Shown: positions 1 to 9,758 of the stretch, one piece after another
Position numbering within the stretch: the first letter of the stretch is position 1
Layout of the letters: each line of letters begins with the position of its first letter
Assembly (NCBI GenBank): GCA_900768695.1
Contig: CAAGDY010000426.1
Span: forward strand, 1-35,441
DNA length: 35,441 bases
Source: an uncultured Anaerovibrio sp.
GTDB taxonomy: Bacteria > Bacillota > Negativicutes > Selenomonadales > Selenomonadaceae
Direction of reading: 5' to 3'
Notes under the pieces: model-generated
The model's database searches: none
What the model saw: the letters and a program-made list of their open reading frames with translations, nothing else
Told to the model about the DNA's origin: nothing
Position numbers and translations under genes: made by a program

Positions 1-2621
1 CCCTGGATGCGGGTCGGCTTGTTGGCTTCCTGTGGCTTGAAAAGCATATCGCCCTTGCCCAGCAGCTTTTCCGCCCCTGATGTATCAAGAATGGTGCGGG
101 AATCAATCTGGGAGGTAACTGCAAAGGATATGCGTGACGGAATATTTGCCTTAATGACGCCAGTAATGACGTTGACAGAAGGACGCTGGGTTGCCAAGAC
201 CAGATAAATGCCTGCCGCACGGGCCTTCTGGGCAATGCGGCAGATGGCATCCTCCACATCATGAGGTGCCACCATCATCAAATCCGCCAGCTCGTCTATG
301 ATAATCACAATGGACGGCAGCTGCTTTTCCGGCTCCTCTGCAAATATCCTGTTGTAGCCCTCCATGTTGCGCACGCCTTCCTGGGCAATCAGGCCATAGC
401 GCTTCTCCATTTCCTGCACCGCCCAGTTCAGTACAGAAGCAGCTTTTTTAGCATCCGTCACCACCGGCACCATCAGGTGTGGTATATCGTTGTAGACGGA
501 AAGCTCCACCATCTTGGGGTCAATCAGGATAAATTTTACCTCATCAGGCTTGGCCTTGAACAAAATACTGGTAATCAGCGTGTTGATGCAGACTGACTTA
601 CCTGAGCCGGTAGCGCCTGCCACCAGCAGATGGGGCATTTTCGCCAAATCAGCAAAAATAGCCTGACCACCTATATCCTTGCCCAGCCCCACCGTCAGCT
701 TTGATTTGGCCGCCGCAAAAGCAGGATTTTCCAGTACCTCTCTTAGCTGTACGCTTTCCAGCTCCCGGTTCGGCACCTCGATACCGATAGCCGCCTTGCC
801 TGGAATCTGCTCTATGCGCACCGCAGTGGCCGCCATATTCAGGGCGATATCATCTGCCAGCCCCGTAATCTTGCTGACCTTTACCCCCGGCGCAGGCTTC
901 ACCTCATAGCGGGTGACAGCCGGCCCGTGGCAGGCATTGAGGATAGAGGCCTTCACCTTGAAATTGGCCAGAGTTTCCCCTAGAATCCTGGCATTGCTGC
1001 TGATTTCCTGATTCAGGCTTTCATTCATAGTCTTGACCGTCTTGGACAGCAGATGCAAAGGGGGCAAATTGTATGGCGGTGGCGGCGGCACAGATACTGG
1101 CTGAGCCTGTGTCAAGCCAGTACCGGCAGATGATTCATCCTCCACCCCATCATCTTCGTAGTCCCCAGCATAGTCAGCAAAACTGCTATTGCCCTCTGTC
1201 AGCTCCACCGAATCCTCAGGGTAGGTAATCTCCATATCATCTATGCCATAGTCATATTCCTGCTCTACAGCTTCCTCTTTATCGCCAGGCTCCTGCTCCA
1301 ATTCGATGGTTGTGTCTGTATCCACAGGCTCCTGCGCCAGCTCGATAGCTTCAGCTACATCCCAAGGCTCCTTCTCCAGTTCCATGATTGCAGCCGCATT
1401 TACAGGCACCTGTTCCACTTCTTCTACTACAGGTTCAGCTCCGGCCCTATTACCGGCGGCAAATGCCTCCCAGTCAAAATCCACAGCCTCCTCATTTTCC
1501 AGCTCACCATTACAGGATACAGCATGGGGGGATACCTCACGACGGGACGGCTCATTTTCCGGCTCCAGCCCCAGCTGAACTGCCAGCTCCGGCACCTCCT
1601 CCGGCTCAGCCGCGCTGGAGAATTTTTCCGCAAAAAAACCAGCCGCTACCGGATTGGCATTTACCAGCTCCGCCGCATTGGCAGGAGGTGGCGTAAACAC
1701 CTTTTCTGCCATCAGCTCAGCCGCAATGCCCGCTCCGGACATTTTTCCTTTCAAAGCATCTGTCCTGGCAGGCTTTTCCGGGGTATGTATGACTGCACCG
1801 GCAGGCCTGCCGCTGTGCCCGGTGTCAGCCGCCGCATCATTCAGAAAAGCGGAATCCTGCTCATAACGCGCCAAAAACTGTTTGCCGCGGAACCGCTTCA
1901 GCCTTTCACCCACATCGTCAATATGCTCCTGAACATATTCCTGCACCTGTTCTTTGGCCCTGCCGCCTACCTCTATGGTCTTGTCATACACCACAACAGT
2001 GGCTTTTTTGGCCACGTCGGCCCCCTTTTCCGCCTTTTCCTTGGTGGTGAGGATTCCCTGAGCCAGGGACCATGTAGTTGCCACTATCAACGTCCCTATC
2101 AGCCCCACAGCCAAAAGGATAGGTGTGCCATCCACCCCTGCCACGCCGTGCAGAAGCATGCAGATAGCACCTCCCAGGAGGCCGCCGCCATTCACAAGGC
2201 TCTCCGGCAATATCTCCTCTCCGGCTTTCACTGCCAGATGGTGATACATGGCCAGGGCACAGGCAAAAAATCCTGCTCCTCCCAGCACCCTGGCATTAAA
2301 GACCAGCTTCTGATGCTTCATAATATAGTAGCCGCCAGCCCCCAGAAAGGCTCCGGCCGCAATAAATGACCCTACGCCAAAAAAATACTGCAGGAACTTG
2401 GCGGCCTTCAGGCCGATAAAACCCACATTCAGTCCTGCAATACCGCACAGCGAAATAAGGCCTGCCGCTACGAAGACCAGCCCCCGCAGCTCATAGTTCC
2501 TTTTGGAATTATCCTGCACTGCGCCATCAGCATTTTCAGCTGTGCCACGCCTGGAAGCAACCTGTCTTTTATTATCAGCCGCCTTTTTCCGTCCGGCAGT
2601 TTTTGTTCGTTTCTTCTGCAA
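1..2621 (-). CDS. ftsK: FtsK/SpoIIIE DNA translocase, 3' end runs off the window
   Basis: Absent from the ORF track (no stop in window); translated by hand. TTG at 2621 after GAGGGTGAG; N-terminal hydrophobic segments; long acidic linker; Walker [14 protein letters not shown] (~595-635); [32 protein letters not shown]. Frame consistent at all points checked. Confidence 0.95.
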   Translation of the reverse strand, partial: MQKKRTKTAGRKKAADNKRQVASRRGTAENADGAVQDNSKRNYELRGLVFVAAGLISLCGIAGLNVGFIGLKAAKFLQYFFGVGSFIAAGAFLGAGGYYIMKHQKLVFNARVLGGAGFFACALAMYHHLAVKAGEEILPESLVNGGGLLGGAICMLLHGVAGVDGTPILLAVGLIGTLIVATTWSLAQGILTTKEKAEKGADVAKKATVVVYDKTIEVGGRAKEQVQEYVQEHIDDVGERLKRFRGKQFLARYEQDSAFLNDAAADTGHSGRPAGAVIHTPEKPARTDALKGKMSGAGIAAELMAEKVFTPPPANAAELVNANPVAAGFFAEKFSSAAEPEEVPELAVQLGLEPENEPSRREVSPHAVSCNGELENEEAVDFDWEAFAAGNRAGAEPVVEEVEQVPVNAAAIMELEKEPWDVAEAIELAQEPVDTDTTIELEQEPGDKEEAVEQEYDYGIDDMEITYPEDSVELTEGNSSFADYAGDYEDDGVEDESSAGTGLTQAQPVSVPPPPPYNLPPLHLLSKTVKTMNESLNQEISSNARILGETLANFKVKASILNACHGPAVTRYEVKPAPGVKVSKITGLADDIALNMAATAVRIEQIPGKAAIGIEVPNRELESVQLREVLENPAFAAAKSKLTVGLGKDIGGQAIFADLAKMPHLLVAGATGSGKSVCINTLITSILFKAKPDEVKFILIDPKMVELSVYNDIPHLMVPVVTDAKKAASVLNWAVQEMEKRYGLIAQEGVRNMEGYNRIFAEEPEKQLPSIVIIIDELADLMMVAPHDVEDAICRIAQKARAAGIYLVLATQRPSVNVITGVIKANIPSRISFAVTSQIDSRTILDTSGAEKLLGKGDMLFKPQEANKPTRIQ

Positions 2622-2922
2622 TTAACTCACCCTCAAAACTAATTTTTAAACATCCATTTCATTATTATATCAAAAAAATTACTCTTCGGTAATATCAGGG
2701 GCTGACAGCTTTTTGGCTGGTAATCCGTCAGCAACTATTTTGTCGATTAAAATTAACGTTAACATTTATTGTACCATTTTTACATCTACAAGTACACTAT
2801 TATTCATGCTGAACTTATATTTCTTGCCCATATCTTCTGCCGGATATTTTGAAATTTACACAAAAAAAGGTGCCGCACGGCCTCCGCCTCCACAGCACCT
2901 CTGTAAATAAATGGAATTCCTG

Positions 2923-3948
2923 TTAAAATCTCCTGATGACCCTGTAGGACGTATCGCGCTGAGCAGGCTTCCTGCCCGCGCCGCGGATTAAGTCAGCCAT
3001 CTTTTTGATGGACATATCGTATGATGTACCGGCTGCTCGCACCACGTTTTCCTCCAGCATGATACTGCCCAAATCATCTGCCCCAAAGCCCAGCGTCAGC
3101 TGGCCGATGCGCTCGCCCTGCGTAACCCAGGAGCCTTGAATATGCGCCACATTGTCCATATAAAGCCGCGTCATGGCAAGGGTGCGCATATAATCCCAGC
3201 CGGAGGTCTTCTCCCCTCCCAGCTCCGTATTGCCCGGCTGGAAGGTCCAGGTAATAAAGGCCCGGAAGCCACCTGTCTTATCCTGCAGGCGGCGTATCTT
3301 CTCCATGTGTTCAACTCTCTGGGCCATGGTTTCTCCCAGTCCGATAACCATGGTTGCCGTGCTTTCCATGCCGATGGAATGAGCGCACTCCATTACATGC
3401 AGCCAGTCTTCAGTCATGATTTTCTTCGGGCTGACCCTACGGCGTATCTCATCCACCAGAATTTCCGCACCGCCTCCCGGCAGGCTGTCCAGCCCTGCCG
3501 CCTGCAGCCTTTTCAGGCAGTCCAGGATGGAAATACCTGCCTGACGGGCAAAATGCTGGATTTCCGTGGCCGTAAAGGAATGAATGGTAATGTCATACTT
3601 ACTCTTGATGATGCTCAGCATCCTCTCATAGTATTCCAGTCCCAAATCAGGATACAGCCCCCCCTGAATCATCACCTGGGTTCCGCCCGCCTCCACGGTT
3701 TCCCGCACCTTTTCCAATATGTCGTCGTAGGTCAGGAGATAGGCATCCCTGCTTTCCCTGCGGCGGAAAAAGGCACAGAAGCGGCACTCATTGACGCACA
3801 CATTGGTATAGTTGATATTCCTGTCTACAATAAATGTAACCGTATCATCAAAGCGCTTCCTGCGTTCCGCGTCCGCCCTGCGTCCCAGCTCAATAGGGTC
3901 ACCATGCAGCAGCTCCTCCGCCTCGCGCTCATTCAGCCTTGTACTCAT
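2923..3948 (-). CDS. mqnC: Cyclic dehypoxanthine futalosine synthase (radical SAM, MqnC)
   Basis: VDRNINYTNVCVNECRFCAF (CxxxCxxC), LPGGGAEIL, HIQGSWVTQG, GADDLGSIMLEENVV; ATGA overlap with upstream gene. Confidence 0.9.
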   Translation of the reverse strand: MSTRLNEREAEELLHGDPIELGRRADAERRKRFDDTVTFIVDRNINYTNVCVNECRFCAFFRRRESRDAYLLTYDDILEKVRETVEAGGTQVMIQGGLYPDLGLEYYERMLSIIKSKYDITIHSFTATEIQHFARQAGISILDCLKRLQAAGLDSLPGGGAEILVDEIRRRVSPKKIMTEDWLHVMECAHSIGMESTATMVIGLGETMAQRVEHMEKIRRLQDKTGGFRAFITWTFQPGNTELGGEKTSGWDYMRTLAMTRLYMDNVAHIQGSWVTQGERIGQLTLGFGADDLGSIMLEENVVRAAGTSYDMSIKKMADLIRGAGRKPAQRDTSYRVIRRF

Positions 3949-5117
3949 CCCTGCACCTCTCCTTCAGCACTGCCCTCATCAACGCCGCCATCCATACCGG
4001 CACCAGCGGCATTATCAGCCGCATAAGCGGTATTTTCCTCTGCCACCGGATGATAGAAGGTATCGCGCTCCACCGGCACAAAACCTGCCTCCGCAATCAA
4101 CTGCCGCAGCTTGCTTCGGGTAATGCCGGTATTGGTCTTTGCCCCGGCCGCATGGATAATCTTTTCCTCGCCAATAGTGCCATCCAAATCATCTGCCCCA
4201 AAGCCAAGGGCCAGCTGGGCAATCGGCATAGTCAGCATAATCCAGAACGCCTTGATATGGTCGATATTATCAAGTATAAGGCGGGACAACGCCATCATCT
4301 TCATATCCTCCCAGGAGCCAACCCTCTGCAAATGCTCCAGCTGGGTATTGGCAGGATGGAATGGGAAGGAAACAAATGCCTGAAAGCCCCCTGTTTCATC
4401 CTGAATATCCCGCAGGGTAATCAGATGCTGCAAACGCTCCTCAATCGTCTCAATATGCCCATACATCATGGTGCAGTTGGTGCGGATGCCAAGCTTGTGG
4501 GCTGTCCTGATGGTGTCAATCCACTCTGCCGCCGTAGCTTTTTTCGGGCAGATTTCCTGCCGTACCCTGTCACTGAGGATTTCCGCGCCGCCACCCGGCA
4601 GGGAAGACAGGCCGGCCGCCTGCAAAATCTCCAGCACCTCGCGGATGGATTTGCCGGTCATCTGGCTAAAATGCACGATTTCCACCGGGGTAAATGCCTT
4701 TATATCCGCCTCCGGCAATGCCGCCCTGACCTGTTTCACCACATTCAAATAATAGTCAAAATCCTTGTCAGGATGCAAGGCGCTGACAATATGGATTTCC
4801 CCCAGATTGCGCACCTTTTTGGCTTCCTCAAGAATTTTGGCTACATCCTCCGTTTCCAGCACAAAGCCCCGCTCATCCCCTTCCTTGCACTGAAAAGCGC
4901 ACAAAGGGCAGCCCGATGTGCAGATATTCGTCAGGTTGATGTGCCTGTTTACATTATAAAAAACGCTTTTGCCGCTTTTGCGCTCCTTCATCTTCCGCGC
5001 ACATTCCGCCAAAAACAGCAAATCGTTATCCTCATAAAGAGCCAGCGCATCCTCCAGGGAGAGCCGCTCCCCCCGCTCTGCCCTGCCTCTTGCCCTCTCA
5101 ATAAGCTTCTTGTCCAT
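3945..5117 (-). CDS. mqnE: Aminofutalosine synthase MqnE (radical SAM)
   Basis: NRHINLTNICTSGCPLCAF, IKAFTPVEI, LPGGGAEIL, HIKAFWIM, FGADDLDGTIGEEKIIHAAGA, PVERDTFY; short acidic C-terminal tail. Confidence 0.85.
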   Translation of the reverse strand: MDKKLIERARGRAERGERLSLEDALALYEDNDLLFLAECARKMKERKSGKSVFYNVNRHINLTNICTSGCPLCAFQCKEGDERGFVLETEDVAKILEEAKKVRNLGEIHIVSALHPDKDFDYYLNVVKQVRAALPEADIKAFTPVEIVHFSQMTGKSIREVLEILQAAGLSSLPGGGAEILSDRVRQEICPKKATAAEWIDTIRTAHKLGIRTNCTMMYGHIETIEERLQHLITLRDIQDETGGFQAFVSFPFHPANTQLEHLQRVGSWEDMKMMALSRLILDNIDHIKAFWIMLTMPIAQLALGFGADDLDGTIGEEKIIHAAGAKTNTGITRSKLRQLIAEAGFVPVERDTFYHPVAEENTAYAADNAAGAGMDGGVDEGSAEGEVQG

Positions 5118-5166
5118 AAAACAAATTACCTCAAAACCAATACCGTATAAATATCGTCACAAATAC

Positions 5167-6303
5167 TTACTGCTGTGCCGCCTGAGCAATCTGCGCCTGC
5201 TGGTCCTTTTCCGTAAAAACCTTGATAATATTGAAATTGCAGTCGCAGGACGCAGGAATCCTGCCAGCCTCCCTGATAATCCTGATAATCCTGTCTTCGC
5301 TGAGGGAGGTCGGGCTGGTAGCACCTGCATCATGGAGAATGGTTTCCTTGTGGATAGTGCCGTCCATATCATTGGCACCAAAGCCCAGCGCCACCTGCGC
5401 CACCGGCACGGTCAGCATCACCCAGTATGCCTTGATATTCCTGATATTATCCAGCATCAATCTGGAAATGGCTATCATTCTAAGGTCATCCCACATGGAA
5501 GTCTGCTCCACCGTCTTGCCAAGCTCCGTATTCTTCGGCAGGAACGGGAAGCAGATAAAAGTCTGGATGCCGCCGGTTTCATCCTGCAGCTCCCTGAGCT
5601 TCAGAAGATGGTCTATCCGCTCTTCCATAGTTTCAATATGGCCGTACAGCATGCTGGCATTGGTCTTGATGCCCAGCCTGTGGGCAGTCCGTGATACCTC
5701 AATCCACTCATCGGCGGTTGCCTTGTTGGGGCAGAGCCTGCTGCGCACACGGTCGCTGAGAATCTCCGCGCCGCCCCCGGCGATTGCCTGCAAGCCGGCT
5801 GCCTTCAGCCTCAAAAGCACCTGCTCAACGCTCAAGCCGGAAATCCTGGCAAAGTGGGTGATTTCCACACCTGTAAAGCCCTTCAAATACAGATGCGGAA
5901 AAGCATCATGCAATGCCTGCAGCCGCTCCAGATAGTCCTCAAAGCTCCAGTCCGTATGCAGTCCGCTGACTACATGCAGTCCTGCCAGATTGGGGTCCTG
6001 CATTGCCTCCTGCACCTTTGCCACCGCCTCATCAACGCTCATGGCATAGGCACCCGGCGCATCCTTGTCCTTGCCAAAGGCGCAAAACTTGCACTTCGAG
6101 GTGCAGATATTCGTCAAATTCACATGGCAGTTTACATTGTAGTAGACAATATCGCCGCACTTCTTCTGCCGCACATAATCCGCCATATTTCCCAGCCAGG
6201 CAATATCCCGGCACGCCAAAAGCCTCAGTCCATCCTCACGGGTAAGCCGTTCCCCCGCAAAAATCTTCGCTTCAATATCCTTGTAACCTTCTGAACTATA
6301 CAA
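5167..6303 (-). CDS. Second, divergent MqnE/CofH-family radical SAM protein
   Basis: NCHVNLTNICTSKCKFCAF, GGGAEIL, IKAYWVM, FGANDMDGT. Likely start is TTG at 6303, since the GGAGG RBS lies inside the ORF-track start region (6318). Confidence 0.85.
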   Translation of the reverse strand: MYSSEGYKDIEAKIFAGERLTREDGLRLLACRDIAWLGNMADYVRQKKCGDIVYYNVNCHVNLTNICTSKCKFCAFGKDKDAPGAYAMSVDEAVAKVQEAMQDPNLAGLHVVSGLHTDWSFEDYLERLQALHDAFPHLYLKGFTGVEITHFARISGLSVEQVLLRLKAAGLQAIAGGGAEILSDRVRSRLCPNKATADEWIEVSRTAHRLGIKTNASMLYGHIETMEERIDHLLKLRELQDETGGIQTFICFPFLPKNTELGKTVEQTSMWDDLRMIAISRLMLDNIRNIKAYWVMLTVPVAQVALGFGANDMDGTIHKETILHDAGATSPTSLSEDRIIRIIREAGRIPASCDCNFNIIKVFTEKDQQAQIAQAAQQ

Positions 6304-6545
6304 AACCAAACCCTCCATATTGCAGCCCAGTGAAAACTGCTCAAAGCCATAGCACAGCCCCTAACCCGGCTCATAGCATAGCCCATATACAGTCCATATT
6401 TTCACATACATCTTACACGCCGAAACTAAAATTGCATACAAAGTACATTATAGCACTCAAAGGAAATCCAATCAATTTTACTTGTACAAAAAATGCAATA
6501 TTTATCAGATGAATTTTGCTGGATGAATCATCCTAAACACATTCC

Positions 6546-6621
6546 TCTTCATAAATGCCAAAATCATTTATGAAGAAAAAATCTCACAAGCAGCATAAAC
6601 ACTAACTTATGAGATCTTTTT
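6546..6621. terminator. Two adjacent hairpins downstream of tpsA; the second looks like a bidirectional terminator
   Basis: TCTTCATAAATG-7-CATTTATGAAGA (6546-6576); A-run, ATCTCACAAG/CTTATGAGAT (9 of 10 paired), T-run (6576-6621). Confidence 0.55.
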
Positions 6622-6737
6622 AGCTAAACAGCCGTCACAAATGAAAGCACATAGGGCTATTTTGCAGGCATATTCAATATTCAATATTTGATATTTACAT
6701 ATACATCCGTAGCCATTGAACATGTATGCAAAATTTA

Positions 6738-8291
6738 TCACTCCGAAATAGTCACATCCTGAATCTCATCCACAACTATTGGAGCAGATACATCAGAAAC
6801 ACCAACTTCAACAGGAGCCATATTATTATCAGATGCCGCAACATTAATAGCGTTATCAGATGCCTCTACATCCCCACTGGTACCTTCAAAGGTGCTAAGA
6901 ACTGCATGTGTCAAGGCATAACTATCCTTAACGTTCTCATCATCAGCAATCGTCATAACAATACCGGCAACCATCGAGTTTTTTTCATCCGTAGTTTTGT
7001 CAACTTTGTTGAGAGCCTCTGCCAATGCTACGAAACTGTCCTTCTGAGATGCAAAATCAGCATTATTATTCAGAATTTCATTTGCCTTATCCTTGCCATC
7101 CTGAAAAGATACTTCATCTAATATGAAGAAACCATTGTTAGTCGGTCCAATGTTAGTGATACTGCCAATGATAGAGCTGGCATTATTATTGGCATTGCCG
7201 CCTAAGTAAACATTGCCGGTATCGCCACTATTATCATTTGCCCTCCTGACAGCCTCAATCGTGGCACTTTGCTCAATGTTCAATACATTGTCTGATTCAA
7301 TGGTAATGCCCTCCCATTCCTCAGCAGGGTCAGAGCTGTAATATTTTGCAGCCCACAAGACAACATTATCCCCTTCTAGCTGACCAGCTACCGTAGTCTT
7401 TCCACCTACTACATTAATATCGGTAGCATCACAGGTAATTTTACCAGTGAAAGTGATGTTTACCGTTCCATAAGTTTCATTATTTTCAACATGAAAGTTA
7501 TTCCCCTGCACAGTAACAGATTCCGCTCCAATGATGCTTACGTCACCATCAGCAGTATCAGGGACAATAATCTTACCGCTAAAAGTCACATCATGGCCAA
7601 TCATGCGGACTTTATCCGCGCCAGAAAGAGAACCTGCAAAATTCAAGGTATTGTCAGTATGAGAAATAACCTCCCCATTACTACGTAAACCAATTATATC
7701 AGCAGCTATAAAATCAACACTTGTGCCTGAAGCAGCCGTAAAGGTTACACCCTCTTCAACTTCAATGCTGGTGCCCCACGCGGAGAACATACCACCACTA
7801 ACCTGGCCACCTTTAAAAGTTATTCCTGCTGAATTATTATCCTTAGCAGTATAGTAACCGTTATTAAATGCCTCTTTCGATATCTCCAATGTAGACAAAA
7901 GCAAATTAGAAGTATTAAAAGTGGCACCGGCCCCTACCACTATGCCATTTGGATTTATTAAAATTATTGGATAGTTGCCGCCCTCCTGATTTAATTTACC
8001 ATTGATTATAGATGGTAAATTGCCAGTCACGCGATTCAACACTGCACCATTAAAATTGCTCATATCTATAGTTAATGTACTGTCTACAGCAAGGTTGAAC
8101 TCCTGCCAGTCAATAATAGCAGTATTTCCCGTTACAACTATCTTTCCACTAAGCCACTCACGATCATTACCATCATAAATTACACCATTCAGATCCACCT
8201 CCGCAAATACAGAACCACTGCCCAATGCCATTGTTGCCAGTGCGGTCAGTGCCGCCGTTACCACCTTTTTCTTCAAATTGCTGAATTTCAT
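6738..8291 (-). CDS. Short TpsA exoprotein with filamentous-haemagglutinin N-terminal (TPS) domain, 517 aa
   Basis: Signal peptide (MKFSNLKKKVV...VFA), IIDWQEFN, VLNRVTG, IINGKL, LINPNGI TPS motif; Asn/Gly/Thr-rich beta-helix-like body; directly downstream of a TpsB gene. Confidence 0.85.
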   Translation of the reverse strand: MKFSNLKKKVVTAALTALATMALGSGSVFAEVDLNGVIYDGNDREWLSGKIVVTGNTAIIDWQEFNLAVDSTLTIDMSNFNGAVLNRVTGNLPSIINGKLNQEGGNYPIILINPNGIVVGAGATFNTSNLLLSTLEISKEAFNNGYYTAKDNNSAGITFKGGQVSGGMFSAWGTSIEVEEGVTFTAASGTSVDFIAADIIGLRSNGEVISHTDNTLNFAGSLSGADKVRMIGHDVTFSGKIIVPDTADGDVSIIGAESVTVQGNNFHVENNETYGTVNITFTGKITCDATDINVVGGKTTVAGQLEGDNVVLWAAKYYSSDPAEEWEGITIESDNVLNIEQSATIEAVRRANDNSGDTGNVYLGGNANNNASSIIGSITNIGPTNNGFFILDEVSFQDGKDKANEILNNNADFASQKDSFVALAEALNKVDKTTDEKNSMVAGIVMTIADDENVKDSYALTHAVLSTFEGTSGDVEASDNAINVAASDNNMAPVEVGVSDVSAPIVVDEIQDVTISE

Positions 8292-8310
8292 TAAACTTCC
8301 TCCCTTTCCA

Positions 8311-9489
8311 TCAGAATGTCTTGGCAGCCATTAAATTCCAGCGCTTATATGCATTATCCGGCTCATTGCTCTCATCAAACCCCTGCAAAATCTTGGTATA
8401 AGACAAATCAATACTCCAGAAGTTTACCGGGTCATTAAAACGGAAGCCTATACCGGCAGAAGACAGATTGCGACTGGCACTATTACTCTGATTACTGCTA
8501 ATCTGTCCCATATCGGTAAAGATATACATACGGCCATTCTTTATGACCTGCGGTGACATAAACTCCAAAGAGCCTGAAATGCCCTTGTCGCCAGAGATTA
8601 TCCTTTCATTGAAGCCACGGATGGAAGTCTGCCCGCCAAGGCCAAAACGCTCGGAGCTTACCACTTTGTTGTTGGAATATTGCGCATTGGCACGTACACA
8701 TGCAATCCAATCATCCTCAGTGCGATACTGATAGTTCATACCAGCCTTCAGCAAATTAAAATGACTATCGCTACCATCGCCTCTCAGGTACGCATCATTG
8801 ATGCCGCCTACATTACCCAAATCTACTTTGGAATGGCTGGCAGTAAAAGTCATAGTATCATGAGCGGAAGGCAGCAACCATTTGTAGGAAACCGCTGCCT
8901 GCTGTACATTCTCCCAATGCTCCGGAGCTGTTACATACGCTACGCCAAGGGTATCACCATTGCCAGTTACATTCTTGTCCACATAGCTTGCAGTAGCACG
9001 CCAATCTCCCGTATCATAGCCTGTACCATTGTTGGCAATAGTAATGCTGGCAAACTCCTGCTTCTGCGGCACAACGCTTACATACACATCGTAGTAACCA
9101 GCACCTGCCCGACGAAAATCAGCATTCAGCTTCACACCGCAGTTGTCATTGGCAAGCTGGATTTCCTGGGACAACAGATAAATGCTCACCTTGTCTTTCT
9201 TCAATGCCGGAAGCAGGAAACGAAGAGTGCTTTCGGATATGCTGTCATTCTGCTCAAAAACTACATTATTTACGTTGACCTTCAGCTCGCGCAAGTTGAC
9301 AGGCTTTGCATCCTGCCTGGTACGCTCCTGAATACTTGCAACATCCCTGCGCAAATCCTCCTGTGCCTGATTGCTCTGCAGCTGACTTTTCACCTCTGCT
9401 ACCTCTGCCTGACAAGTGATTCCTGCTGTACCAGCTATGCTTGCGGCAAGCAAAGATGCGGCAATTACTCTTTTCCCTGAAAATTCCAT
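8311..9489 (-). CDS. ShlB/FhaC/HecB-family (TpsB, Omp85) outer-membrane transporter, unusually short (392 aa)
   Basis: Signal peptide, one POTRA-like segment, amphipathic beta strands, loop-6 motif ERFGLGGQTSIRGF, SSAGIGFRF, C-terminal Phe. Confidence 0.85.
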   Translation of the reverse strand: MEFSGKRVIAASLLAASIAGTAGITCQAEVAEVKSQLQSNQAQEDLRRDVASIQERTRQDAKPVNLRELKVNVNNVVFEQNDSISESTLRFLLPALKKDKVSIYLLSQEIQLANDNCGVKLNADFRRAGAGYYDVYVSVVPQKQEFASITIANNGTGYDTGDWRATASYVDKNVTGNGDTLGVAYVTAPEHWENVQQAAVSYKWLLPSAHDTMTFTASHSKVDLGNVGGINDAYLRGDGSDSHFNLLKAGMNYQYRTEDDWIACVRANAQYSNNKVVSSERFGLGGQTSIRGFNERIISGDKGISGSLEFMSPQVIKNGRMYIFTDMGQISSNQSNSASRNLSSAGIGFRFNDPVNFWSIDLSYTKILQGFDESNEPDNAYKRWNLMAAKTF

Positions 9490-9663
9490 GTATTCATCAT
9501 CTCCCCCAAATTTGTGGCAAGCACTTTTTGTACATTAATATATCACATTCGCCCTTCTAGACAAGACATTAATGTTTTTTTAAACTAAAATAGGAAAAAA
9601 GCACCTATGAAAGCCACCTCCTTCCTATTTAATGCATCTGGATAAATCCGTCCAGCAAATCTG

Positions 9664-9691
9664 GTAAACTTAGATGTAAAAACGAGTTGAC
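9664..9691. promoter_or_regulatory. BirA-type biotin operator 1, overlapping the -35
   Basis: GTAAACT-N14-AGTTGAC, resembling the BirA consensus TGT(A/C)AACC-N14/15-GGTT(T/G)ACA, upstream of bioB. Confidence 0.75.
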
Positions 9692-9715
9692 AATACAAAA
9701 AATGACTACTACAAT
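9687..9715 (+). promoter_or_regulatory. Sigma70/SigA promoter of bioBDA
   Basis: TTGACA (9687-9692), 17-nt spacer, TACAAT (9710-9715); AAGGAG RBS at 9745-9750. Confidence 0.85.
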
Positions 9716-9743
9716 GTAAACTAACAATAATAATTAAGTTTAC
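9716..9743. promoter_or_regulatory. BirA-type biotin operator 2, over the expected transcription start
   Basis: GTAAACT-N14-AGTTTAC, perfect 7-bp inverted repeat. Confidence 0.8.
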
Positions 9744-9758
9744 GAAGGAGTTTTACCA

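Noticed and set aside
7..2369. Several plus-strand ORFs up to 281 aa
   Set aside because: Shadows of ftsK, which the ORF track missed because it has no stop in the window.
3939..5150. 403-aa plus-strand ORF (likewise 29035-30261, 27851-28939, 25864-27135, 22302-23363)
   Set aside because: Antisense shadows of well-supported minus-strand genes.
2923..6303. F420 (CofG/CofH) biosynthesis
   Set aside because: C-terminal motifs fit MqnC and MqnE, and no other cof genes are in the window.
6738..9489. Contact-dependent inhibition (CdiBAI) system
   Set aside because: TpsA is far too short, lacks a recognisable pretoxin or toxin region, and no immunity ORF follows.
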